A DNA stretch of 54,962 bases, taken from positions 1 through 54,962 of the forward strand of contig JAUCBJ010008972.1 of NCBI GenBank assembly GCA_032718475.1, read 5' to 3'. The position numbers and the translations under genes are program-made. Position 1 is the first letter of the stretch; the number at the start of each line of letters is the position of its first letter. A model generated the notes under the pieces. That model ran no database searches, was not told the DNA's origin, and saw only the letters and a list, made by a program, of their open reading frames with translations. Positions 35,236-47,528 of the stretch are shown here, one piece after another. The DNA comes from Nemertoderma westbladi. Its lineage: Eukaryota > Animalia > Xenacoelomorpha.

Positions 35236-35743
35236 ATAAAATGAGTGTTTTGCTACGTCATGTGGTAATCGATTATCGACAACAACCACAAACTATTAAA
35301 TATAGAGTCTTTTTACCACAGGCGCATATGGAATTCTATCTCATAGTCTATAAATCATGGAATCATGGAATGTTTTGGCACAGGCATAGTGAAATCAACT
35401 GTCTGACAGTCCAGAAATCACCAGTCTGACAGTTTGAAGAAATACATACATAAAAAGTCATTAAAATGACAATAAAAGTCATTAAATGGACAACAAAAGT
35501 CATTATGCATAATTCGTAAAAAAAAAATGACAAAAAAAGTCAAATAAAATGACATAAAAAATCACTGCCTGTGATTCAGTCCACATTCTGATTCTGCCCT
35601 ATTCAGCTATTAATTAACATTATTCCCTCTTTGCTCTTACCCCCTTCGGCCTCCCTTACGACACCGGTTACGGGAGAGCGTTGAGCATAGGGTTCAGCCC
35701 ACAGTAAGTGAAAGATAAGCGCGTGGCTACCAACTCACTCACA

Positions 35744-36733
35744 ATGCAAACTGATAGCAGTAGATCAGTACCGGATCCATTATTGGTTCTACGGAGCAGT
35801 CTTCCCTCCCCTGTAACGACACTCCGATTCGCTGGTGTGGACCAATGGAACCCGTCCGTCACTCAATCCATTCCCGACGGATTCTCCGAACTGGGGTCGA
35901 CCCCAGCCGGATTCCTCCTCTCTGGTTCCACCAACGGAACCGTAGAGTTGTGGAACCTTTCTCGACGGAGAGTAGTCAACGTCTGGCGACTCCACGGCAC
36001 GTCCGGTATCCTCCACGCCCAACCCCATGGCGACGAGTCAATAATCTCCCAAGGAAGAGATAACCGAGTGTTAATTACCAACGTAAACCGCGGTAAACAT
36101 ACCACAGAGATAGATTCCCCTAGTCCGAGTTTTTGTCAGCTTTCTATATATTCCAATAAAATGGCGTTGCCAGGGGATACAGCGCCCGGGACTGTGCTAC
36201 TTCATGACGTCATAACGAACACTCGAATAAGTTCGTTCGAACCAGTAGGAGGTACTTCCGGTATGGCGATGGCTCTTAGGTTTATTGACGAGGATACTTT
36301 GTGTTCGGGATATGAGGATGGCGTTGTGAGACTTTGGGACGTCCGTAAACTAAACGAGCCAATCGCAAGCAAGCAGCTGCACGACGAGCCAATCATGTGC
36401 TTAGACGTTGATGCCGATGGTAATGGAGTTTCTGGCTCCGCGGATCAATTAATAAGTAGATGGTGTTTCGATAAGGTTTCCCTGTCCGTGTCCGCTATCT
36501 GTAGACTCAGCAACCCCGGGGTATCCAGTCTTAGTGTCCGTCCCGACGGTAGACTGCTTGCCGCCGGTTGCTGGGACGCGAGAGTTCGATTGTTCTCGTG
36601 GAGACGCAAACTCACCCCCCTCGCTGTGCTATCTCTCCACACGGACAATATATTTAGCGTTACATTCGATAGAAACAACGTGTTAGCAGTCGGCTCCCAA
36701 GATTGCCGAATCAGTTTATGGAAACTCTATTAG
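35744..36733 (+). CDS. GNB1L: WD40 protein GNB1L (ASA1-like), single exon
   Basis: PDPLLVLRS..SPVTTLRF, LLSGS..G.VELWNL..RR, ISQGRD, GYEDG, HDEPIMCLD, GVSGSAD, VRPDGRLLAAGCWDARVRLFSWR..L.PLAVL..H and C-terminal LAVGSQDCRISLWKLY all match the GNB1L pattern. First ATG at 35744. Confidence 0.88.
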   Translation: MQTDSSRSVPDPLLVLRSSLPSPVTTLRFAGVDQWNPSVTQSIPDGFSELGSTPAGFLLSGSTNGTVELWNLSRRRVVNVWRLHGTSGILHAQPHGDESIISQGRDNRVLITNVNRGKHTTEIDSPSPSFCQLSIYSNKMALPGDTAPGTVLLHDVITNTRISSFEPVGGTSGMAMALRFIDEDTLCSGYEDGVVRLWDVRKLNEPIASKQLHDEPIMCLDVDADGNGVSGSADQLISRWCFDKVSLSVSAICRLSNPGVSSLSVRPDGRLLAAGCWDARVRLFSWRRKLTPLAVLSLHTDNIFSVTFDRNNVLAVGSQDCRISLWKLY

Positions 36734-37222
36734 TTATTTTAAATTTTCACTGATTTATTTTAATCTAGTGGAATTAATAGCTGTGGCTAGTGTAAATAAA
36801 GGATTTGATTTGATAGTATTAATATACTAAAAGTTTGTGCAACAAATTTGTGTAATTAATTATTATTAGTACCTATTAATTAAACGTTCTTCTAGTAATT
36901 GTTACTTATTTTATATGTATGGACCTAATTTAGAGATTATAAGTTACCTTTTTACTATTTTTAGTCAATTTCAAAGTAACTCATAATCGTTTTCTCTTAT
37001 AGACTATAATAAATATTTAGCGGATATTATTTATTGAAATTATTTAGTAGGGAATACTAAGTAATGAACTAGAGATGTTCCAGAATAATCTACTACCGCT
37101 ATTCTTTATACACCATGACATGTTTTCTAATTAAGAAATGCTCATAGGCTACTACTACCAAATTTCAGATGAATCTGATGGTTGGTTCTATAATTACTGC
37201 TATTTTTATGTTTCTGTCAATT

Positions 37223-37254
37223 CGCCCCCCTAGCGGTAGACCGGGGAACTGTAG
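37223..37254 (-). promoter_or_regulatory. Extended CTCF-like motif (upstream module plus core)
   Basis: The minus strand reads CTACAGTTCCCCGGTCTACCGCTAGGGGGGCG. It lies in a repeat related to 48060-48380 (shared CTGAAAYTTGGTAG). Confidence 0.55.
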
Positions 37255-37753
37255 CAGTCTGTCTGTGTGTAGAATTTCTAAAATTTTTATAGACTACATG
37301 TGTACCAAGTTTGGTTCCATTTCATCCATGATTGACCGACTTATTAGCGTTCAAACATTCCTGCCACAAACATAGCCAGAGGCAGCCACAAACATAGCCA
37401 GAGGCAGCCACAAACGAATAAAAGCTGCAGGAACTCAAGCGATAATTAATTTATTAATTATTAAATACTGTTTCAATTAAATTATTTACGAAAATCTACT
37501 TATCTTCTTTTAAATATGGACCCTGCATCCGTGGAAAATATAATATTTGATAATTCACCAGTCAGCCAACGATAATTTTGCAGGCTAGGTCCTTGTCATG
37601 GCCTGTTATTTAGATGACCTTGGTACACCCCCAGTCGAGGTAAATACAGAAATAAGATACAGGTACATGTAATGTAATAATGTAAATACAATATATACAC
37701 CATGACCCTAATATAGTGTCATTTTCTGATGACACGGACCCCCCCCCCCCCCC

Positions 37754-38549
37754 CCCCCCCAAATTTTTCTACAAATCTTTATCATATTGCTTGAAATTTG
37801 AAACACAACAACATAGTTCAACTCACCGTGGTTGTTACCATGAAGCCGGAATTTTTGATTTTGCCTTTTAATAACGTGTCTTTTGCGAAATTGCACATCT
37901 CCTATCATCGCCATTCTTCACATTAACCTCGCTTTATAGATATTATTAAAAAGTTTGCGTTCCAAGTATTCCAAATATGTAACACTGTTTGAATTTCGTT
38001 GAGAAACAGCTGAGATGTAGGCACTCAAAGATTGCAAGAATTATTGTTCGCTGAAAGTCATTTATTATATTTAATAAATACACAAAATTCTAGAACGTGT
38101 TATTTAGCCTACGACTGTTGGTTGGCAACAGTCGTAGGCTTATACAATATCTATATTGCGTAGCTAATCATACATAAACAAATTGTTCCAGAATATTGTG
38201 TATTTATTGAATAGAATAAATGGCCTGCAGCGAATGATAATTCTTGCAATCTTTGAGTGCCTATTTCTCAGCTGTTTCTCAACGAAATTCAGATATTGTT
38301 ACATATTTGGAATACTTGGAACGCAAGCTTTTTAATATAATAATATATATAAAACGAGGTTAATGTGAAGAATGGCGATGATAAGAGATGTGTAATTTCG
38401 CAAAAGACACTTTTTTAAAACGCTTATAAAAAAAATTTAAAGGCGAAATCGAAAATTCCGGCTTCATGGTAACAACCGCGGTGAGTTGAACTAGTTGTGT
38501 TTCCAATTTCAAACAATATGATAAAGATTTGTAGAAAAATTTGGGGGGG
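37754..38549. mobile_element. Foldback or MITE-like element: ~350-bp imperfect inverted arms with a central perfect hairpin
   Basis: 37761 AAATTTTTCTACAAATCTTTATCATATTG is mirrored at ~38514-38542. The central 15-bp stem is 38106-38120 with 38126-38140. No TSD identified. Confidence 0.8.
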
Positions 38550-38651
38550 AAAATCAGAGAATTGGTTCGGATGAATTGCAAAATAGTTTTTGGTTATTCC
38601 AAAAACTATTAATTTTTGCTTTGGGGGGGGGAGGAGGGATTCTACACAATA

Positions 38652-39430
38652 CTACTACTACTACTAGGTCGAGCGAACTCGGACAGTGGAAATGAGATCC
38701 TTCCAGGCTTCCCGATTCTCCATAGTTGTCGCAATTTCGTTTCTCCTAAGTTCAGTATCCCTTTCAAGTTGATCTATATATGTTATGGCCGGTCGTCCAC
38801 GACTACGCTTTCCATGAGTTGGTTGCCAGAAAAGTAGATCTGGTATGACCTCGTCTTTACTTCGCCAGCAGTGCCCACTGAATCTTAATCTGCGTTCACG
38901 GAGGGTGGTTGATACAGGTGGTATTGTACAATAAAGCTCGGCGTTTGTCATGTGTTGTCTCCAGCTGATGTTTAGGGCTGCCCTTAGTAGTCTTGTGTAG
39001 CAACCATCAATTCGTTGTTCAAGTGATTTAGTCAGTGTCCAGGTCTCACCCCCGTATAAAAATACACTTTCCACTGTGGCTCGAAAGAACTTAGTCTTCA
39101 GGTGCCTGGAGAGATCGGATTTCCAGATAGTATCCATTTTTGATAGAGCTACCCAAGCCTTTGCTTTCCTAACTTCTATGTCCTTTTTGCTACTCTCTAT
39201 CCATGATCCAAGGTACTGGAAGTCATCGACCTTCCTTAGTTAATTATTATCAATGGTTGTCAAGTTTCCATCAACATTAATTAGGTCTTTGTAGCATTTA
39301 TATGCAATCCAACCTCCTTAGCAGCCCTCTCCACTTTATTTAGTAGAAGATGTGCATCTGCTAGCGTATTAGAGAGCAGGGCGATGTCATCCGCAAAGTC
39401 GGTGTGTGTGACTGTATCTTGGTCTGTGAC
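38652..39430 (-). mobile_element. 5'-truncated RTE-like LINE with (TAG)n tail
   Basis: DFADDIALL, FQYLGSWI, VFLYGGETWTLT and GRPAITYIDQL. 12-bp TSD TTCTACACAATA at 38640-38651 and 39431-39442. Confidence 0.92.
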
Positions 39431-40143
39431 TTCTACACAATAATCTGCGACTTTGACCCAAGTAGAGGTGTACCCCCCCCCCCCCCCCCCCCCGTTCTAA
39501 CAACTACTAATTCGCACACCATGTGTATTTGAGGCTAACTAACTAATTAACAACTCGGAACTATATCGATCGCTAGTTGGCTATATCCTCCCGAGCTACC
39601 CACGGGCTGCCAGCGTTAATTACCATTTGTTTAATAATTAATAAGCATTCCGTTTACCGTCGTACTTACATAATTATTCCTAAATATTACCGATATTCAC
39701 AAGCTTCTACAAATACCTAGGAGTTACATTTCAAACTTCGCTCTCAAGTTTTTACAGTTACCTGTAACGACGGATGCTTATCAGTCAATTACTTTCGGTT
39801 TCCTAATACGGCAACGGCAACCCAAGGACATTGGAGAGAAAACAAAACTTTCTCTGCGCGAATTTTATACTATTATTATTATTTTTCATTTGTTGGGGAT
39901 TTAAAGTTCATAAAACTTCTGAACTACTAAAGTATTGATTACAGTATTCTCACAATACCCACACTGTTAACTGGAAATCTCCCAATCCGTTAATACTATT
40001 ATTATATTAGTTTTATGGTGGAGGGAAATTCAAATTGGTTTAGGACCGAATATTATTCCGATGATTATTTTGCTTTAAAAAAGGACCCATTCATTTTACG
40101 CGCGGCTGTTAATAGTTCATTTTCCAAATTCATCTGATACGAA

Positions 40144-41733
40144 ATGGCTATCCCTAATAATAATATTGATACTCTAATAACCGTTAAAGAATCCAAGGAA
40201 TTATACGAAATAGTCGCTAAGGTTTTACATCCGTTGGGATGCGAAGTTCATCCGTTAAAGATCGGTTGTTACAACCAACTCATTACTCATCCGGCCTTCC
40301 TTCTTCCTTACAAAGATGACACATTGGCATTCCTTGTTATTAGCAACCCCGACATGTTTGAATTGAGTGTGAAGAAGATGATATTTGATGAAAGCGACGC
40401 AGATCATGTACGCGATCCGGTAGACCAATGTTCCATAAATATCGGGATGAAAGTGAGAGCAGCTCTGAATGAAAGGAACATAGAGGTGACGGCGCACACC
40501 GACTTCGATGTAGACCCCAGATCGCGTCGGCCGTTGGTTGCCATGCAGATAGCGGGACACGCCAGCGGCGCGACATACTACTACAGACCCGAGGACGCCC
40601 CTGATTGGTCGAGGAGCCGACCCGGTTTCGGGGTCAGCGTCCACCCCCGGTACGGCGGCTGGTTCGCATTCCGACTGCTCGCTATCCTCCCGTACACCAG
40701 ATGTCCGGATCTCGTCGTCCCGGCACCGCCCGACGTTGTCCCGGACGCCGTCCGACGCGCCGAGCTGCTCCGACGGTTTAACGACGACTGGCAGGACTTC
40801 GGCCCGAATTCCTACCGCGATATAATCCTGGTGGAGAAACGATATTCCGCGGAACAAATCGAATACTTCCGAACGATTCCGGAACGCCGTCGTCATAGCG
40901 GCTGGCGTAACGTTGTCGTGGCAACGTCAATAGATTCTAGAATATCTCTGAACGACGGCAGTTCTATGCCGAGCTTCGGTCTGGGTACCTATAAGGCGAA
41001 CTACGACGCGATAGTGGCGGGATTGCGTTGCGGCTACCGGATGCTGGACACGGCCCATCTGTACCGGACGGAAGGGGCAGTCGCCCGGGCGATCCGAGAC
41101 AGCGGAGTGCCCAGGGAGGAGATCTACATAGTCACTAAACTCTGGGTTGACTCCCACGGTAGGGAGGCAACTAAAGCCGCACTGATGGAGAGTTTGAAGG
41201 AGTTGGGAACCGAGTACGTGGATTTGTATTTGATTCACTCGCCGCGCGGCGGGCGGTTGTTGGAGACGTACGCGGCGCTGTTGGAGTTGCGCGCCGCCGG
41301 GTACGCGCGGTCCGTCGGGGTCAGTAACTTCGGGGTCGCCCATCTCCGGGCGCTGACCGACCGCGGTCTCCCGCCCCCCGCGGTCAACCAGATCGAGCTG
41401 CATCCCTGGAACCCGCAGTCCCAACTCGTCGAGTATTGCCGCGCCAACGGTATCGTGGTAATGGGCTACTGTCCGTTGGCGCGCGCCCGTAGGATGGAGG
41501 AACCCGCGTTGGTGCGCGCCAGTCGCCAGCTGCGTCGGACCCCAGCTCAGGTGCTCGTACGTTGGTCCGTACAGATGGGTTTCGTTACGATACCCAAGAG
41601 TAACGACCCGGATAGAATTCGACTCAACTCGGAGGTGTTCGACTTCCGACTAGACGACGACATTGTCGACCAGTTGGACTTCGTTAAGGAGTTGTGTGTC
41701 GTTCCCGTAGCTGACATTCCAGTCGATCTCTAA
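40144..41733 (+). CDS. MMACHC: Fusion protein: MMACHC/CblC-like cobalamin-processing domain (aa 1-~250) plus aldo-keto reductase domain (aa ~265-529), single exon
   Basis: CblC motifs GCEVHPLKIGCYN, TLAFLVISNPDMFE, RDPVDQC, RRPLVAMQIAGHASGATYYY, HPRYGGWFAFR, FNDDWQD..YRD and YSAEQIEYF. AKR motifs LNDGSSMPSFGLGT, LDTAHLY, TKLW, DLYLIHSP, GVSNF, NQIELHPW and IPKS, with an intact D302/Y307/K332/H365 tetrad. Confidence 0.9.
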   Translation: MAIPNNNIDTLITVKESKELYEIVAKVLHPLGCEVHPLKIGCYNQLITHPAFLLPYKDDTLAFLVISNPDMFELSVKKMIFDESDADHVRDPVDQCSINIGMKVRAALNERNIEVTAHTDFDVDPRSRRPLVAMQIAGHASGATYYYRPEDAPDWSRSRPGFGVSVHPRYGGWFAFRLLAILPYTRCPDLVVPAPPDVVPDAVRRAELLRRFNDDWQDFGPNSYRDIILVEKRYSAEQIEYFRTIPERRRHSGWRNVVVATSIDSRISLNDGSSMPSFGLGTYKANYDAIVAGLRCGYRMLDTAHLYRTEGAVARAIRDSGVPREEIYIVTKLWVDSHGREATKAALMESLKELGTEYVDLYLIHSPRGGRLLETYAALLELRAAGYARSVGVSNFGVAHLRALTDRGLPPPAVNQIELHPWNPQSQLVEYCRANGIVVMGYCPLARARRMEEPALVRASRQLRRTPAQVLVRWSVQMGFVTIPKSNDPDRIRLNSEVFDFRLDDDIVDQLDFVKELCVVPVADIPVDL

Positions 41734-41923
41734 GTTATTATATTAATCTGGAACTCATTAGTTAGTATCATTTACTTTCAGTTTTGCAATATAATTTAAC
41801 TAGACTGGCTGAGTAATGAATTATTTCATATAATAATGATAACAATGATGCTGCTTCAATGTGCTGCTATAATATAATGTTGTTGTTGTGAGACGCTTTT
41901 CATGTAGGTAGATAATAGGCGGT

Positions 41924-44900
41924 ATTTATTGCAACTAGTTGATTTAGTGGAAATAGTGGATTTATTGCAACTAGTGGATTTATTGCAACTAGTGAATTTA
42001 TTGCAACTAGTGGATTTATTGCAACTAGTTGATTTAGTGCAAATAGTGGATTTATTGCAACTAGTGAATTTATTGCAACTAGTTGATTTATCGCAACTAG
42101 TGGATTTATTGCCACTAGTGGATTTATTGCAACTAGTTGATTTATTGCAACTAGTTGATTTATTGCAACTAGTTGATTTATTGCAACTAGGTGGATTTAT
42201 TGCAACTAGTGGATTTATTGCAACTAGTGGATTTATTGCAACTAGTTGATTTATTGCAACTAGTTGATTTATTGCAACTAGTTGATTTAGTGCAAATAGT
42301 GGATTTATTGCAACTAGTGGATTTATTGCCACTAGTGGATTTATTGCAACTAGTTGATTTATTGCAACTAGTTGATTTATTGCAACTAGTTGATTTTGTG
42401 CAAATAGTGGATTTATTGCAACTAGTGGATTTATTGCAACTAGTGGATTTATTGCAACTTGTAGATTTATTGCAACTTGTTGATTTAGTGCAAATAGTGG
42501 ATTTATTGCAACTAGTGGATTTAGTGCAACAAGTGGATTTATTGCAACTAGTGGATTTATTGCAACTTGTAGATTTATTGCAACTAGTTGATTTAGTGCA
42601 AATAGTGGATTTATTGCAACTAGTGGATTTATTGCAACTTGTAGATTTATTGCAACTTGTTGATTTAGTGCAAATAGTGGATTTATTGCAACTAGTGGAT
42701 TTAGTGCAACAAGTGGATTTATTGCAACTAGTGGATTTATTGCAACTTGTAGATTTATTGCAACTAGTTGATTTAGTGCAAATAGTGGATTTATTGCAAC
42801 TAGTGGATTTATTGCCACTAGTGGATTTATTGCAACTAGTTGATTTATTGCAACTAGTTGATTTATTGCAACTAGTTGATTTATTGCAACTAGGTGGATT
42901 TATTGCAACTAGTGGATTTATTGCAACTAGTGGATTTATTGCAACTAGTTGATTTATTGCAACTAGTTGATTTATTGCAACTAGTTGATTTAGTGCAAAT
43001 AGTGGATTTATTGCAACTAGTGGATTTATTGCCACTAGTGGATTTATTGCAACTAGTTGATTTATTGCAACTAGTTGATTTATTGCAACTAGTTGATTTT
43101 GTGCAAATAGTGGATTTATTGCAACTAGTGGATTTATTGCAACTAGTGGATTTATTGCAACTTGTAGATTTATTGCAACTTGTTGATTTAGTGCAAATAG
43201 TGGATTTATTGCAACTAGTGGATTTAGTGCAACAAGTGGATTTATTGCAACTAGTGGATTTATTGCAACTTGTAGATTTATTGCAACTTGTTGATTTAGT
43301 GCAAATAGTGGATTTATTGCAACTAGTGGATTTAGTGCAACAAGTGGATTTATTGCAACTAGTGGATTTATTGCAACTAGTTGATTTATTACAACTAGTT
43401 GATTTAGTGCAAATAGTGGATTTATTGCAACTAGTGGATTTATTGCAACTAGTGGATTTATTGCAACTTGTAGATTTATTGCAACTAGTTGACTTAGTGC
43501 AAATAGTGGATTTATTGCAACTAGTGGATTTATTGCAACTAGTGGATTTATTGCAACTAGTTGATTTAGTGCAAATAGTGGATTTATTGCAACTAGTGGA
43601 TTTATTGCAACTAGTGGATTTATTGCAACTAGTGGATTTATTGCAACTAGTGGATTTATTGCAACAGGTGGATTTATTGCAACTAGTGGATTTATTGCAA
43701 CTAGTGGATTTATTGCAACTAGTGGATTTAGTGCAACAAGTGCATTTATTGCAACTAGTGGATTTATTGCAACTTGTAGATTTATTGCAACTAGTTGATT
43801 TAGTGCAAATAGTGGATTTATTGCAACTAGTGGATTTATTGCAACAAGTGGATTTATTGCAACTAGTTGATTTATCGCAACTAGTGGATTTATTGCAACT
43901 AGTTGATTTAGTGCAAATAGTGGATTTATTGCAAATAGTGGATTTATTGCAACTAGTGGATTTATTGCAACTAGTGGATTTAGGGCAACTAGTGGATTTA
44001 TTGCAAGTAGTTGATTTAGTGCAAATAGTAGATTTATTGCAAATAGTGGATTTATTGCAACTAGTGGATTTATTGCAACTAGTGGATTTAGTGCAACAAG
44101 TGGATTTATTGCAACTAGTGGATTTATTGCAACTTGTAGATTTATTGCAACTAGTTGATTTAGTGCAAATAGTGGATTTATTGCAACTAGTGGATTTATT
44201 GCAACTAGTGGATTTATTGCAACTAGGTGGATTTATTGCAACTAGTTGATTTAGTGCAAATAGTGGATTTATTGCAAATAGTGGATTTATTGCAACTAGT
44301 GGATTTATTGCAACTAGTGGATTTAGTGCAACTTGTGGATTTATTGCAACTAGTGGATTTATTGCAACTAGTGGATTTATTGCAACTAGTGGATTTAGTG
44401 CAAATAGTGTATTTATTGCAACTAGTGGATTTATTGCAACAAGTTGATTTAGTGCAAATAGTGGATTTATTGCAAATAGTGGATTTAGGGCAACTAGTGG
44501 ATTTATTGCAACTAGTTGATTTAGTGCAAATAGTGGATTTATTGCAAATAGTGGATTTATTGCAACTAGTGGATTTATTGCAACTAGTTGATTTAGTGCA
44601 AATAGTGGATTTATTGCAACTAGTGGATTTATTGCAACTAGTGGATTTAGTGCAACTAGTGGATTTATTGCAACTAGTGGATTTATTGCAACTAGTGGAT
44701 TTATTGCAACTAGTGGATTTAGTGCAAATAGTGTATTTATTGCAACTAGTTGATTTATTGCAACAAGTTGATTTATCGCAACTAGTGGATTTATTGCCAC
44801 AAGTTGATTTATCGCAACTAGTGGATTTAGTGCAACTAGTGGATTTATTGCAACAAGTTGATTTATTGCAATTAGTGGATTTAGTACAAATAATCGGATT

Positions 44901-47528
44901 TCATTTATCTTTTAAATACTATTGACGGCGGATTTATTGCAACAAGTGGATTTATTGCAACTAGTTGATTTAGTGCAAATAGTGGATTTAGTGCAACTAG
45001 TGGATTTATTGCAACAAGTTGATTTAGTGCAACTAGTGGATTTAGTACAAATAATCGGATTTCATTTATCTTTTAAATACTATTGACGGCGGATTTATTG
45101 CAACAAGTGGATTTATTGCAACTAGTTGATATAGTGCAAATAGTGGATTTATTGCAACTAGTGGATTTATTGCAACTAGTGGATTTATTGCAACTAGTGG
45201 ATTTATTGCAACTTGTAGATTTATTGCAACTAGTTGATTTAGTGCAAATAGTGGATTTATTGCAACTAGTGGATTTATTGCAACTAGTGGATTTATTGCA
45301 ACTAGTGGATTTAGGGCAACTAGTGGATTTATTGCAACTAGTTGATTTAGTGCAAATGATGGATTTATTGCAAATAGTGGATTTATTGCAACTAGTGGAT
45401 TTATTGCAACTAGTTGATTAAGGTCAAATAGTGGATTTATTGCAACTAGTGGATTTATTGCAACTAGTGGATTTATTGCAACTAGTGGATTTAGTGCAAC
45501 TAGTGGATTTATTGCAACTAGTGGATTTATTGCAACTAGTGGATTTATTGCAACTAGTGGATTTAGTGCAAATAGTGTATTTATTGCAACTAGTGGATTT
45601 ATTGCAACAAGTTGATTTATCGCAACTAGTGGATTTATTGCAACTAGTGGATTTATTGCAACAAGTTGATTTAGTACAAATAATCGGATTTCATTTATCT
45701 TTTAAATACTATTGACGGCGGATTTATTGCAACAAGTGGATTTATTGCAACTAGTTGATTTAGTGCAAATAGTGGATTTAGTGCAACTAGTGGATTTATT
45801 GCAACAAGTTGATTTAGTACAAATAATCGGATTTCATTTATCTTTTAAATACTATTGACGGCGGATTTATTGCAACAAGTGGATTTATTGCAACTAGTTG
45901 ATTTATCGCAACTAGTGGATTTAGTGCAACTAGTGGATTTATTGCAACAAGTTGATTTAGTACAAATAATCGGATTTCATTTATCTTTTAAATACTATTG
46001 ACGGCGGATTTATTGCAACAAGTGGATTTATTGCAACTAGTTGATTTAGTGCAAATAGTGGATTTAGTGCAACTAGTGGATTTATTGCAACAAGTTGATT
46101 TAGTGCAACTAGTGGATTTAGTACAAATAATCGGATTTCATTTATCTTTTAAATACTATTGACGGCGGATTTATTGCAACTAGTGGATTTATTGCAACTA
46201 ATGGATTTAGTGCAAATAGTGGATTTATCGCAACTAGTGGATTTAGTGCAACTAGTGGATTTATTGCAACTAGTGGATTTATTGCAACTAGTGGATTTAT
46301 TGCAACTAGTGGACTTATTGCAAATAGTGGATTTATCGCAACTAGTGGATTTAGTGCAAATAGTGGATTCATTGCAACTAGTTGATTTATTGTAACTAGT
46401 TGATTTATTGCAACTAGTTGATTTATTGCAACTAGTGGATTTATTGCAACTAATGGATTTAGTGCAAATAGTGGATTTATCGCAACTAGTGGATTTATGG
46501 CAACTAGTTGATTTATTGCAACTAGTTGATTTATTGCAACTAGTTGATTTATTGCAACTAGTGGATTTATTGCAACTAATAGATTTAGTGCAAATAGTGG
46601 ATTTATCGCAACTAGTGGATTTAGTGCAACTAGTGAATTTAGTGCAACTAGTGGATTTATTGCAACTAGTGGACTTATTTCAACTAGTTGATTTATTGCA
46701 ACTAGTGGATTTATTGCAACAAGTTGATTTATTGCAACAGGTGGATTTAGTGCAACTATTGGATTTAGTGCAAATAATCGGATTTCATTTATCTTTTAAA
46801 TACTATTGACGGCGGATTTATTGCAACTAGTGGATTTATTGCAACTAATGGATTTAGTGCAAATAGTGGATTTATTGCAACTAGTGGATTTAGTGCAAAT
46901 AGTGGATTTAGTGCAACTAGTGGATTTATTGCAACTAGTGGATTTATTGCAACTAGTGGATTTAGTGCAACTAGTGGATTTATTGCAACTATTGGACTTA
47001 TTTCAACTAGTGGATTTATTGCAACTAGTGGATTTATTGCAACAAGTTGATTTATTGCAACTAGTGGATTTAGTGCAACTAGTGGATTTAGTGCAAATAA
47101 TCGGAATTCATTTATCTTTTAAATACTATTGACGGCGGATTTATTGCAACTAGTGGATTTATTGCAAATAGTAGATTTATTGCAACTAGGTGGATTTATT
47201 GCAACTAGTGGATTTATTGCAACTAGTGGATTTATTGCAACTAGTGGATTTATTGCAACTAGTGGATTTATTGCAACTAGTGGATTTATTGTAACTAGTG
47301 GATTTATATTGCATCTAGTGGATTTATTGCAAATAGTGGATTTATTGCAACTAGGGGATTTATTGCAACTAGTGGATTTATTGAAACTAGTGGATTTATT
47401 GCAACTACAGTAGGTGGATTTATGGCAACTAGTGGGTTTATTGCAACTAGTTGATTTATCGCAACTAGTGGATTTTGTGCAAATAATCGGATTTCATTTA
47501 TCTTTTAAATACTATTTTCGGCGGATTT
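41924..47528. repeat. 18-bp minisatellite (GATTTATTGCAACTAGTG) with nine interspersed copies of a constant non-repeat segment
   Basis: About 280 monomers. AATCGGATTTCATTTATCTTTTAAATACTATTGACGGCG (slightly variant in the last two) starts at 44892, 45053, 45682, 45825, 45968, 46129, 46776, 47099 and 47485. Confidence 0.96.

Noticed and set aside
37739-37760. Poly-C and poly-G runs (also ~39474-39493 and ~50790-50809) as functional G-quadruplexes
   Set aside because: They are simple homopolymers of unreliable length with no supporting context.
40255-41447. Antisense ORFs over MMACHC-AKR
   Set aside because: They are shadow ORFs of a GC-rich coding strand with no motifs.
41856-47413. LLQLVD, AINPLV and CNKSTS repeat proteins (leucine-rich or antifreeze-like)
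   Set aside because: These are artefacts of the 18-bp minisatellite. They are open in multiple frames, frameshifted by 19-bp units, and have no unique domains.
44885-47528. CRISPR-like array with the constant segment as direct repeat
   Set aside because: The intervening sequences are minisatellite copies of variable number, not unique spacers.
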